NCBI GenBank assembly: GCA_050287085.1
Contig: JBNKBE010000035.1
Span: forward strand, 1 to 39,528
Source of the DNA: Polyangiaceae bacterium
GTDB taxonomy: Bacteria > Myxococcota_A > Polyangia > Polyangiales > Polyangiaceae
DNA: 39,528 nt
Direction: 5' to 3'
A program made the translations under genes and the position numbers. Of the stretch, positions 16,131 through 25,806 are shown one piece after another; position 1 is the stretch's first letter; each line of letters starts with the position of its first letter. The notes beneath the pieces are model-generated. The model was not told the DNA's origin. It was given only the letters and a program-made list of their open reading frames with translations, and did no database searches.

Positions 16131-18118
16131 GACGCGTAGCTGCCACGACCCTGGTCGCCCTCGCGGGACTGTTGTCTCGTTCGGCGCGTGGGGAGACGAT
16201 CCCCATCGAGCTCCCGCTCCCGTCGACGCTTGCCGCTGACTACCAGTTTCAGCGGGAGCTCGACCAGCCCGTCTCGGCGTTGCTCGTACAGCACGGCAAG
16301 ATCTGGGTGCGGAGCGCAGTGCCAGGCCAGGCGGAGCGCATTCATCGCTTCGACGGGACGCAGTGGCATCAGAGCGTGGGCTCAGTTATCAGCCAGGATG
16401 ATCCCGCTCTCGACTTCATTGCGGGTCTTCTCCCGTCGCCGGTGCTCGCGGGGATCTACTATACCTGCTGTGGCAACGGCGGTCCCGTCGTGCGACGCGA
16501 GCAGGGAGAGCGCTGGATCTCCGCAGCCATCAATCTGCCCGACACGGAGTTCCCGGGTCCCCTTGCCGTGGCCGCCACGACGCAGCCCATCATTTGCTCC
16601 ACGGGCAGCGCGTCCGTGTGCCAGCGCTGGATTTCTGGAAAATCTCAGCCGATCGCGTCGCTCCCGTCACCACTTCCGCAGCTCGCGGGAGCTGGCTCGA
16701 CCGCGATCGGGTTCGCAGAGGATCGCCTCTACAAGTATCACGGTAAGTGGATCCCGCTCGGCGAACCGTTCCCCCACGAGTCTGTCAAGGACGTCACCGC
16801 CATTCGCCTTGGCACCAGCGGGCGCGTCTGGTTCATTCACGAGCGCGGGTTCTCGCTCTGGGACGGCGTGGCCCACCGCGCGGTTCCGGTTCCCATCGCA
16901 GAGCCCACCGACTTGGTCGAACGTAGTCCTACGGATGTCTGGGTCGGGGGCTCACAGAGCGTGGCCCACTTCGATGGCGAGAGCTGGCGTGTGCAGGCCG
17001 GAGTTTACGGAAGCGACCTTCGGCTCGCGCTCGGAGACAACGGCGAGCTCTGGGTCGGCTCGACCACCACGGGACTGTGGCGCGGCAAGCCCGCGGCTGA
17101 CGCGGGGACAGTTCCGAAGCGCCTTTCGTTGACGGAGGCTCAGCAGCAGTCCCTGCCCGCAGTGCAGGCCGATTCGCCCCCATGGGGTCACTTCGACACG
17201 GCCATCGTCACGCTCGACCATGGCGATACGCAACTGCGTCAAGCGCGGTCCATGATAGCGCATCGAGGTGTTCGCTATCTCTACGACGGCTCACGCCTCC
17301 ATGCGTCGATCCCGGCGAAAGAGATCTTCGCTCGACCCGCGTCGCCCCTCGGCCCCTATGCCTGTAGCTTTGGCTGTCTTGCGCCCGCGGAAACAGGGAT
17401 TGCCGAACTCACGACTGGGATCCTCCGCATCACCGATCTCAACGGCCAGAAGGAACTCCTCGAGCAAGTAGCCTATCCAACGGCGGTGAGCACCGCCACG
17501 GACGAAACCCTCTGGGTGGTCGGCAACGGGGAGCTTGCAGACCGTTTCACTGTCGGTCGCTCGGGCCCCACCGGGATGGTGCTACTCGATCGCTACCCGA
17601 GCATGGCCCCCCAAGGCGTCTTCGCCGTGTCGGAGAGCGAGGCCTGGATCGCCGGAGCCACAACCCCCGGAACAGCGACCCACCCCGAGCTAGGAAGGCT
17701 CGACCAGACACAACCTGGTGGACCGGGCCTTCTGGATCACGTGCACGGCACGACAGTCGACCGCTATGCGCTCGGTGCGGGGATCCTCACGGCGGTTGGC
17801 GTCACGTCCAATGGTGACGTGGTCGCGGCCGGCGAAAGTGGGCTCATCGTGGAGCTTCACCGGGGGACCCAGCGGGTGTGGCAGCTTCCGAGTAGGCCCT
17901 TCCTCTACGCCGTCGTGGTCCTGGACGACTGTGTGTGGGTTCTCGGGGAACACGGCGTGCTCCTGCGTCGGAAGGCTGGTGTGTGGACGCGTGTCCCGAC
18001 CCCCGGCTACCTCGGTCGTGCCTACACGAGCTTGATCCGCGACGGGGATCGCTGGCTCGCCGCTGGACCCGAAAGCATCCTCGAGATCCGAGAGCGTGGA
18101 TCGCGACCCGATCGATGA
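16127..18118 (+). CDS. Secreted probable beta-propeller protein
   Basis: Signal peptide; repeats RFDGTQW, DVWVGG..VAHFDGESW, GELWVG; GTGA overlap with the upstream gene. Confidence 0.75.
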   Translation: MRRVAATTLVALAGLLSRSARGETIPIELPLPSTLAADYQFQRELDQPVSALLVQHGKIWVRSAVPGQAERIHRFDGTQWHQSVGSVISQDDPALDFIAGLLPSPVLAGIYYTCCGNGGPVVRREQGERWISAAINLPDTEFPGPLAVAATTQPIICSTGSASVCQRWISGKSQPIASLPSPLPQLAGAGSTAIGFAEDRLYKYHGKWIPLGEPFPHESVKDVTAIRLGTSGRVWFIHERGFSLWDGVAHRAVPVPIAEPTDLVERSPTDVWVGGSQSVAHFDGESWRVQAGVYGSDLRLALGDNGELWVGSTTTGLWRGKPAADAGTVPKRLSLTEAQQQSLPAVQADSPPWGHFDTAIVTLDHGDTQLRQARSMIAHRGVRYLYDGSRLHASIPAKEIFARPASPLGPYACSFGCLAPAETGIAELTTGILRITDLNGQKELLEQVAYPTAVSTATDETLWVVGNGELADRFTVGRSGPTGMVLLDRYPSMAPQGVFAVSESEAWIAGATTPGTATHPELGRLDQTQPGGPGLLDHVHGTTVDRYALGAGILTAVGVTSNGDVVAAGESGLIVELHRGTQRVWQLPSRPFLYAVVVLDDCVWVLGEHGVLLRRKAGVWTRVPTPGYLGRAYTSLIRDGDRWLAAGPESILEIRERGSRPDR

Positions 18119-18469
18119 GCGGTCCACGAGGCGATTTCTCGGATTCAAGGGTCGGTGCGTCCTGGTCGCGGTCAAGCGCGGACGTCGAGGGCTCCCACTG
18201 CCGCGGTGCCTGCGTTTTTGGCGATGCGGAATCAAAGGCCAGAGGTGAAGGTAGAAGAGAAGCAAGGAGCTTCGCTATAAAAACCCGGGGACAGCGTCGT
18301 CGCCAACGCTCACAGAGTTCTCACCGTAGCTCTGGGCGAGGTAGGCTCCTGCAAGCGACGCGGCATCTTTCTCATCAAATCCGCCCAGCTCGTTGCGTGG
18401 CAGAATCACGTGGATTCCGTCGTGCTCTCCAGTAACTGCGATCCTCACGGCCTAGAAAGCTAGCTTAAC

Positions 18470-18498
18470 AACCTGTCCGCTGGACGGGGATCACTCCA
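18470..18498 (+). mobile_element. Solo IS3-family terminal inverted repeat
   Basis: AACCTGTCCGCTGGACGGGGATCACTCCA, 22/29 identical to the IS3 end at 31260-31288. Confidence 0.55.
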
Positions 18499-18634
18499 CG
18501 TGCAGGCGGTAGCGCACAAAGCACAGTCCAAGTTACCTGGGGCGCATCTGAGCTCGCCGATGATGCCAGTGTCCGGCTTAACAGCTTAGCGACTAGCTCG
18601 CGACAGGCTTTCCCATCCGCGAGCCTAACCCGGG

Positions 18635-19490
18635 TCAGCGCGTGGTGTTTAGGACGACCGCGAGGCTGCCACCGGCGTCACCGGCGGTGATGTCCAGCTT
18701 GCCGTCTCCATTCAGATCTGCCAGCATGACGGCGTAGGGGTGGCCGACTTCCTCGAACTCCTCGGGGGGGGCGAACGTGCCGTCGCCGAGATTGCGGTAG
18801 ACCGCCAGGCAGGAGCGACTGCTGCCCGGGGTGGCGACGCCACTGTTAGCCACCACGAGCTCGGGCCACCCGTCAGCGTCGAGATCTCCCAGGGCGACAG
18901 AAGTCGGCCATGAGCCGGCGGCGTAGAGGTCGGGCTTGGAAAATGTACCGTCGCCCTGGTTGAAGAGCACGGCCGCAGACGATTCGCGTCCAACGCGCGG
19001 ACAAAATGTTCCATCGCCGTTGTTCAGAAGCGCGCTGAGGCTATCCTCGGTTGCAGTGATCAGGTCGAGCTTCTTGTCGCCGTTGATGTCGGCCACCTCA
19101 ATCGAGACCCCATGCTCGCCGAGCAGGTAGGGGCTGGCCGCAGCGAAGCTTCCGTCTCCCTGGTTCAACCATACGAAGACTCCGCCGGTGACGTTGCTGA
19201 AGTCGGCTGAAGCCACGTCGAGGGCGCCATCCCCGTTGAGATCTGCCACTCCTATGTCCATGGCCCAGGCTCCTCCGGGGTAGATCACGGGCTCCGCGAA
19301 GGAGAGTGTCCCAGACGCGTCGGCGTCGGCTTCAGCTTCACCCATGTCGACGTCGGTTTCGGCTTCACCCATGTCGGCGTCGGCTCCGGCTTTACCCGCT
19401 TCGCCATCCCCATCAGTGGCGCCCTCGTCGTTGCCGCCACCCTGGCCAGTCGCGGGTGGTCCGGCTGCGCCACCTGTGTCGCCGCCGCGC
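18635..19490 (-). CDS. FG-GAP/VCBS repeat protein, 5' end disrupted (possible pseudogene)
   Basis: ADLNGDGALD, ADINGDKKLD, GDLDADGWPE and ADLNGDGKLD repeats; no credible start; a signal-peptide-like stretch lies further upstream (~19890-19930). Confidence 0.75.
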
Positions 19491-19730
19491 GTCAGCACCT
19501 GGAGGCGTGCGGCTTCGGTTGGCGCTCGACCGCAGAAGCTGTGCGCCTCGATGGTGATGCTGTGAACGGCGTATTCAAGCTCGCGGGCTACATCACGAAG
19601 ATTGCCGGCAACACGGAGAAGACGCACGGGGAACTCGCCAAGTTGAGCAAAGTGCCGCTAATGGCGCCCAAGAACCTCCGTCGGCTCCGCTCGGGAAAGA
19701 AGTTCCTGCCCAAGCGCCGCAAAGGCGAAG
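19490..19730 (+). pseudogene. Possible rolling-circle replication protein C-terminal fragment
   Basis: HLEACGFGWRSTAE...LAGYITKIAG...RRLRSG; GFG, YxxK and RR..S spacing typical of HUH Rep motif III. Confidence 0.4.
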
Positions 19731-20172
19731 GGGCGGGCGCCCTCCTCCGGCGTTGCCCCTCCAGGGAAGGCGACGAGGTCGCCGAGGCCGTCACCCGCAG
19801 CTCCGACCCAGAGTCTGACTCCCGCCACCTTGCTGGGCTCGGTGTCGGAGCCCGACGTTTGAACCCATTCGGGCAGTCGTGCCAGCAACGGCGACGGCAA
19901 AAGCGCCAGCAAAGTCAGCGTGCTGGTCCCAGCGGCACAACCTGCCGTGCCAGTGGGTGCAAGACGAACCAACTCAAACTTTTCACAGCTTTTGACTGCG
20001 CTTGCCCCCTGCTCAAAAAGGCAATCAAGAGCGGGCGTTTCGACGAATCTCGCGCCAAGCAGTTGAAGTCCTGCTATGTTCGGACGCGTGTGCGTCGTGA
20101 CGCGAGGCGCTCAGAGCTCGTGCCGGGGATTGCGTTCGATTCTCACCAATTTTTGGAACTAGGAACGGAACA

Positions 20173-21771
20173 TTGAGCGACAAGACAGCGTTGAGACTCT
20201 TGCAGGCAGGACTGTTGGTCCTCGGGTTGAGCGCGAGCTGCGGTGGCTCGTCGGAACCCGACGCCAGACGCTCAGGTTCCCGAAGCGATGCGAACAACGA
20301 CTCCAGCGCAGAAGCGGATGCGGCCGACGGCAACACCGATACCAGCGATGGCAACACCGATGCCGGCGATGGCAACACCGATACCGCCGATGGCAACACC
20401 GATACCGCCGATGGCAACACCGATACCGCCGATGGCAACACCGATACCGGCGATGGCAACACCGATACCGGCGATGGCAACACCGATACCGGCGATGGCA
20501 ACACCGCGGCTGCTGCTGGAGACGAGAGCGGCGACGCGGGAATCGATCTCGGTGGTGGAGCAGGCGGCAGTGCCGGTGGCAGCGGAGCTGGCGTCGACGA
20601 CGTGGGGCTCGGTGTTGGTGGCGCGTCTCACGACTTCGGCGGCTCTGCGGGCGCGCCTGGCACTCCAGACTTGACACTCCCGCCCGGCTGTCGTCCCCAA
20701 TCGCCCGAGGAAACCGAAAACCTGTGCCGACTCGTCATGGAGTGCGACACATCGCCGTCAGTTCGGACATATTGCCATCGTCTCGATTCTGGCCGCTGGG
20801 AATGTCAGTGCGCGTTTCACGAGAACCTGTACCAGCTGGAAAACACCGCCGGCCTTCAGGCGTGCGCGCTCGCGGCCGAGCTGTGCTCCGAACCCGATCT
20901 CGAACTCGGTGAGGAGCAGTGTGAGCCCACCACAGAGAGCAGCCACCCAGACGACTGCCGCACCGAGCTCACCTGCGGCCGCCCGATAGCTCTCGAAACG
21001 AGCACGGAGACTCAGGCCTGGCGCGTGCGCATCATCGATGCCTCCTGCCGGCGAGACGGAACCGGAAACACGTTTGGCTGTACCTGTCAGGAAGATGGAG
21101 CAACGGATCGCTACACGCTGCGGGCCAACGGCAGCGATCTCGCTTGCGGGCCGCTCGCTGACTTTTGCATGAGTGGTGCGACCCCCGAGTTCATCGAGGA
21201 GGGGGCCTGCATGCTGAATAGCTTCATGGCTGACAGCAAAACGTGCAACCGGGTCGATGATTGCGGAGCGCAAATGCCGCTGACGGACGACGTCAGCCTA
21301 TTGGAGCTCCAACGCAGGCACGCCACTTGCGGTTCCCTTGAGGGTGGCGGCTCGAAGTGCTCCTGCGGCGGGCTCTTGTTTCAGCTGCCGACTCCCGCTA
21401 ACAGCACAAGCTGTGAGTCATCGATCTCGATCTGCGATCCGAATGCCGTGATCGTTCCGAAAGACCTCTTGAGTTGTGAGCCGCCGTCGGTCCGTCTTTC
21501 CGGGGGGAACCAGTGCGACGCGTCGCTGATGTGCTTGGTGGATGCAACGGTGGACGGTCAAAGCGTCCCGTTCTACGGCGACGTGCAGATCCATTGCCGC
21601 CGCGCCGAGACCGACATGCCATGGGTTTGCTGGTTTCATAGTAGGCAAAATTCCGGTGATATTGATATCGAGGTAGGTGCGGGCGCCGACCCCACGCAGG
21701 CCTGCACCGACGCTTCAGCCGCCATCCTCGAGCTCCCCGATTTCCACGTCAGCATTACCAACTCAGGATGA
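20173..21771 (+). CDS. Cys-rich lipoprotein with Asp/Thr tandem repeats
   Basis: LGLSASC lipobox; (DGNTDTx)8 repeat; Gly-rich linker; several C..C.C modules. Confidence 0.8.
   Translation: MSDKTALRLLQAGLLVLGLSASCGGSSEPDARRSGSRSDANNDSSAEADAADGNTDTSDGNTDAGDGNTDTADGNTDTADGNTDTADGNTDTGDGNTDTGDGNTDTGDGNTAAAAGDESGDAGIDLGGGAGGSAGGSGAGVDDVGLGVGGASHDFGGSAGAPGTPDLTLPPGCRPQSPEETENLCRLVMECDTSPSVRTYCHRLDSGRWECQCAFHENLYQLENTAGLQACALAAELCSEPDLELGEEQCEPTTESSHPDDCRTELTCGRPIALETSTETQAWRVRIIDASCRRDGTGNTFGCTCQEDGATDRYTLRANGSDLACGPLADFCMSGATPEFIEEGACMLNSFMADSKTCNRVDDCGAQMPLTDDVSLLELQRRHATCGSLEGGGSKCSCGGLLFQLPTPANSTSCESSISICDPNAVIVPKDLLSCEPPSVRLSGGNQCDASLMCLVDATVDGQSVPFYGDVQIHCRRAETDMPWVCWFHSRQNSGDIDIEVGAGADPTQACTDASAAILELPDFHVSITNSG
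20326..20505 (+). repeat. 21-bp coding tandem repeat, 8 full copies plus a partial
   Basis: Unit GATGGCAACACCGATACCG(C/G)C read directly. Confidence 0.95.
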
Positions 21772-22137
21772 GCCCCCTACCGGGCCGCTAGTGCTGGGCG
21801 GCAGGGTAGCGGAGCTGGAAGGCAGTGGCGGCCCGCTTCCCCCTTGCTGGCTTCGCCCCATGGGGCGCATAGGACAATCGAACTGGCAAACACGGTGTGC
21901 TGCCGCCTGAACCCTCGGTCCGGAAGAGCTGTCTGGAACATCGTGACGCCAACCCCTTGATTCTTGCAGCACCAGCCCCCTCAGCCCGGACGTCGCGCGC
22001 CACTCGCGCAAGGGAACCAATGCAGGAAACCCCTCCCAGGTTCTTGTTTGCGGTACAAGAAGCTCCGTGTCACAGTCGTGGGAAAAGAGACGACTCGCGA
22101 CGGTTGCGGCGTGAGGCGACAACTCCCCACGAGCACC

Positions 22138-23064
22138 ATGGGCGCCCCTTCCCGCCACGACCCCCCACGAGGTTTGAACGCCTGTCTGCAGGAGCTTCGC
22201 CGCGAGCGCGGATTTCGCGCGGAGGTGGCGCTGGGGCTCAAACAAAAGTGCATCAACGAGTACTTGACGAGGCACGACCTCGACGCCGCGGTCATCGGCG
22301 TGAGCGGGGGGGTGGATTCTGCGGTCGCGCTGGGGCTCCTCCTGGCGGCTTCTCGCGAGCCTGAAAGCCCGCTTCGCCGGGTTGTTGGCGTGGTCGCGCC
22401 GATCCACGGACCCGGCGCGACCGGGCAGGCCCGCGCCCAGTCCCGGGCGCAAAGGGTGCTCAGCGCGCTGGGCGGAGAGCTGTGGCAGTGTGATTTGAGC
22501 GCGGTGCAATCGAGCTATGTCGCGGCGATGGGACACCACTCGTGTTCCACCCCGTGGTCGGAGGGCCAGTTGCTATCCATCGTTCGCACCCCGGCGCTCT
22601 ACTATGCTGCGGCGATGCTTCAGGCAGACGGGCATCGCTCCCTCGTGGTGGGGACGACCAACCGAGACGAAGGGGCCTACCTGGGCTTTTACGGCAAGGC
22701 CTCAGACGGCATGGTCGACCTTCAAGTCATCTCCGATTTGCACAAGAGCGAGGTGGTCGCACTGGCGCGGCTGCTTGGTGTCCCTGAGGAGGTGATCGAG
22801 GCAGCTCCCACGGGGGATGTCTTCGATGGCCGCACGGATCTGGAAATGATAGGCGCGCCGTACTGGGCGGTGGAGCTCTTTCTCTTGGCGCGCTGTGCTG
22901 GCGTCCGCGTCGAAGGCGCGGACGCACGAGAAAACGCACTCTGGCGGTCGTATTCGGAGCTCCTCGAGGCCCGACATACCCGCAACGCGCACAAATACGC
23001 GGTCGGTACGCCTTCCGTTCACCTGGATGTGTATGCGAGACGTGTCCCTGGGGGCTGGCAGTGA
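22138..23064 (+). CDS. nadE: NH3-dependent NAD+ synthetase (divergent, no glutaminase domain)
   Basis: VIGVSGGVDS PP-loop, VGTTNRDE, GFYGKASDG, DLHKSEV, APTGD, TD..MIGAPY and HK motifs. Confidence 0.85.
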   Translation: MGAPSRHDPPRGLNACLQELRRERGFRAEVALGLKQKCINEYLTRHDLDAAVIGVSGGVDSAVALGLLLAASREPESPLRRVVGVVAPIHGPGATGQARAQSRAQRVLSALGGELWQCDLSAVQSSYVAAMGHHSCSTPWSEGQLLSIVRTPALYYAAAMLQADGHRSLVVGTTNRDEGAYLGFYGKASDGMVDLQVISDLHKSEVVALARLLGVPEEVIEAAPTGDVFDGRTDLEMIGAPYWAVELFLLARCAGVRVEGADARENALWRSYSELLEARHTRNAHKYAVGTPSVHLDVYARRVPGGWQ

Positions 23065-23846
23065 AAGAGTTCCGGCCCCCACCTGGCACCCTTCCTGGAG
23101 AGTGGGAGCCGCCGGCATTCGAGCTCGGCCCCGAGAGAGCCGTACGGCCTCGCCAGGTGCACGAGTTTGCCTACGTCGCCCCACGCGCGCTGTCGGCGGC
23201 AGCGTGCGCGCAGCTGTCGGAAGCCATGCGGCTGAGCGGGTGCGCTGCGCCGGTCAGCGTCAGTGGGCACCCCTCGGTTGCGACCGAGCTCGGTTCGGTG
23301 CGGGCAACGGCCTGGGCCCCTCAGCTCGCGTCTGAGCTGTGGCGTTGTCTGAAACACGTGATTCCCCCAGAGCGCCGCATGACGCCCACGACGCCGACCG
23401 ATTGGTACGCCCTCGACGGGCGGCTCGCACACCGGCACTGGCGCGCGGTCGGCATTGGCCCCGTTCTGCGCTTCATGCGCTACGAAGCGGGAGGCCGGCA
23501 TTACGCTCACTACGACATGGGGTTCGACTACCCGGACGCGCGCCGGACGCTGATGTCCCTGGTCGTTTACCTCTCAGAAGCTGCCCCGGGTGACGGGGGG
23601 TGCACCCGGATCGTGCAGGACGGTCAACAAGCGCTGCCGGTTTGGCGCCGCAACCACGAGGACTGGACCCGCGATGTCGCCGACGAGGAAGTCGTGGCGG
23701 CAATCCGCCCCCAATTGGGAGACGTGCTGATCTTCGATCACCGACTTTGCCACGACGTCGAGCCGTACCGAGGACAGTCGAGTCGAGTCATCATTCGTGG
23801 AGACGTCGTTTTTGAGGCGCTCGATCCGGGAGAGACAAGCCAGTGA
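23061..23846 (+). CDS. 2OG-Fe(II) oxygenase (prolyl-hydroxylase-like)
   Basis: RFMRY...HYD, LVVYL, GG.T, GDVLIFDH...HD and R..IR: intact HxD...H...R set; GTGA overlap with nadE. Confidence 0.88.
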   Translation: MKEFRPPPGTLPGEWEPPAFELGPERAVRPRQVHEFAYVAPRALSAAACAQLSEAMRLSGCAAPVSVSGHPSVATELGSVRATAWAPQLASELWRCLKHVIPPERRMTPTTPTDWYALDGRLAHRHWRAVGIGPVLRFMRYEAGGRHYAHYDMGFDYPDARRTLMSLVVYLSEAAPGDGGCTRIVQDGQQALPVWRRNHEDWTRDVADEEVVAAIRPQLGDVLIFDHRLCHDVEPYRGQSSRVIIRGDVVFEALDPGETSQ

Positions 23847-25438
23847 CCTGGAAGCTCGAACGCGACGTCTTCTACAACGACTTGGCGAAGCAGCACGGCC
23901 GTGCCTTCGTAGAAGAGGCCGGCTTTTTCGAGGACACCGCCAGCGCAGACGCGCCCTTGGAGAATGTTCGCCTGCTGTGCACGCCCCTGGGTAGGGCCGC
24001 TTCCAATCTTGCTCGGGCGGCGCGCCCACCGGCCGTCTTGCTCTGCACGGGCGCGTATTGCCCGGTCCATCCGGGGCACGTCGAACTGATGGAGCTGGCG
24101 AGAGCACGGGTAGAACAAGCGGGGTTCTCCGTCATTGGCGGCTACCTCTCGCCGGGACACGACGAGTACCTGCGTCTCAAGTTGAACGACGACGCGACGT
24201 CCGCGCAGCAGCGGTTGACCGAATGTGCGCTCGCCGTGCGCGACTCCGATTGGTTGGACGTCGATCCGTGGGAAGCCCTCTACTGCCGGGTCGCGGTGAA
24301 CTTCACGGATGTCCTGAGGCGCCTCGGTGCCTACCTGGACGCGCACCTGGGCCACCAGGTCACGCCCTTTTACGCGTTCGGCGGAGACAACGCCCGCTTC
24401 TCGCTGACCTTTGCCCAAAGAGGGCACGCGGTCGTCGTGGGGCGCCCCGGCTACGCCGACCGTTTTCAGCACTACCGCGCCCATGCGCTCAACCGCTACA
24501 ACCCCCGCGTGCTGTGGGCCGAGTCGGCCCTGGAGCACTCGTCCACTGCAATCCGGGAAACCGAATTACAACGGAACCCCCGTCTACGGCAGGAACACCC
24601 GACGCATCTATCGCTTCGCTGCGAAGACGCCTCCGTTGCTCCTGGGCCTCCCGTGGCGTGGCGTGACTTTCAGCAGGCGCTCGTGGGTCTGCTCCGGAAG
24701 TGGTTCGTGGTCGAGCTGCGTACCCCGGATGAACGGCAGCTGGTGTTGGAGCCGTCTACGATTAGCCTCGATCCGTTGACCCGCGCAGAGTGTACGATCG
24801 CGATATCTCGCCTGTTCGAACTCGGAGGCTATGCACAAAAGGGCTACACGGCCCGGCCGGGCTCGCCCCCGCTGGCGACGCAGTTGAGCCAGATCCCGCC
24901 GGGCGTCTACGACGTGCTGGACGATGACGCCAGCACAGGAGGGACGCTCTCGCACGTCGCGTCCCTGCTCTGGGCAAAACACTCGCCAGACCTCGAGCCA
25001 GGCCGTTCACGCAGCATCACGATCCAACACGAAACTGCACGCGTCCGGGCGGATGCCGGGGCGGAGCGGCGAGAAATTGCCGATAGCCGAGACTTCCTTT
25101 TGGGAGCCGACCACGCCGGACTGGTGATGACCCTCGGTCCCGATGCCCTAGTTCGCGGTATCTACGCGTACCCCTACGTGGACCCGACCGCCCGCTGTTC
25201 GATCCCCGCCAGCGAGGCCCTAGAATTCTCGATCGCGATCTGGCGCCTCAACGAGACGTTCCACGCGTCGACACAGAATACGGTCGACGACCTGAACACA
25301 CCGCAGCGCGCTCTCCTGCTCCGCGCGGGCTTCGGACCGACCGAACCCCTGAGCGCTGTGTGCCGATGGCACGCCAACCAGTTGGAAAATGTCAGACCGC
25401 CGGATCCCTTTCGTGCAGAGCCGCCCGGTTGCCCATGA
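23843..25438 (+). CDS. NMN/NaMN adenylyltransferase-like (HxGH) domain fused to a type I PRTase-like domain
   Basis: TGAYCPVHPGH, GGYLSPGHDEY..K, SDWLDVDPWEA, GGD and SSTAIR; C-terminal VLDDDASTGGTL PRPP-loop; GTGA overlap. Confidence 0.8.
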   Translation: MTWKLERDVFYNDLAKQHGRAFVEEAGFFEDTASADAPLENVRLLCTPLGRAASNLARAARPPAVLLCTGAYCPVHPGHVELMELARARVEQAGFSVIGGYLSPGHDEYLRLKLNDDATSAQQRLTECALAVRDSDWLDVDPWEALYCRVAVNFTDVLRRLGAYLDAHLGHQVTPFYAFGGDNARFSLTFAQRGHAVVVGRPGYADRFQHYRAHALNRYNPRVLWAESALEHSSTAIRETELQRNPRLRQEHPTHLSLRCEDASVAPGPPVAWRDFQQALVGLLRKWFVVELRTPDERQLVLEPSTISLDPLTRAECTIAISRLFELGGYAQKGYTARPGSPPLATQLSQIPPGVYDVLDDDASTGGTLSHVASLLWAKHSPDLEPGRSRSITIQHETARVRADAGAERREIADSRDFLLGADHAGLVMTLGPDALVRGIYAYPYVDPTARCSIPASEALEFSIAIWRLNETFHASTQNTVDDLNTPQRALLLRAGFGPTEPLSAVCRWHANQLENVRPPDPFRAEPPGCP

Positions 25439-25806
25439 ACGCCCGCATGCTGTCCCCGAGCGCCCCCACGATCTCAGAGAAGACTCCGATGGCAACAATC
25501 TCAGACACACGAGAACAGCTCATCTCGGAAGGGCTCGAGGTCGCTGCCGCGCTCGTCGTTGCTGCTGAGCAGTATCACGTCAAAGATGACCGCCGAGACA
25601 TCCTCGACTACGAGGCAGCCATCGTCGACGCGCACGTTCGATGGCTACGCGACGGCGTCCCGGTGCCCAGCAACCTCGAAACCTCGGTTCTCCTCGGGCC
25701 CTGGGGACGGAACCTCGACTGGAAGGAGTCGTTGCTGCTGCGGCGCGTGGCGGCGTTTCTGGACACCATGGCGAGGTTTCACCGCGCGAAGACTCCAGCG
25801 CGGTGA
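25435..25806 (+). CDS. Small hypothetical protein (start 25435 or 25489)
   Basis: ATGA overlap with the upstream stop; protein-like helical sequence. Confidence 0.5.
   Translation: MNARMLSPSAPTISEKTPMATISDTREQLISEGLEVAAALVVAAEQYHVKDDRRDILDYEAAIVDAHVRWLRDGVPVPSNLETSVLLGPWGRNLDWKESLLLRRVAAFLDTMARFHRAKTPAR

Noticed and set aside
20326..20505. Short direct repeats as a CRISPR array
   Set aside because: The units are head-to-tail with no unique spacers, lie in frame within a CDS, and there are no cas genes in the window.
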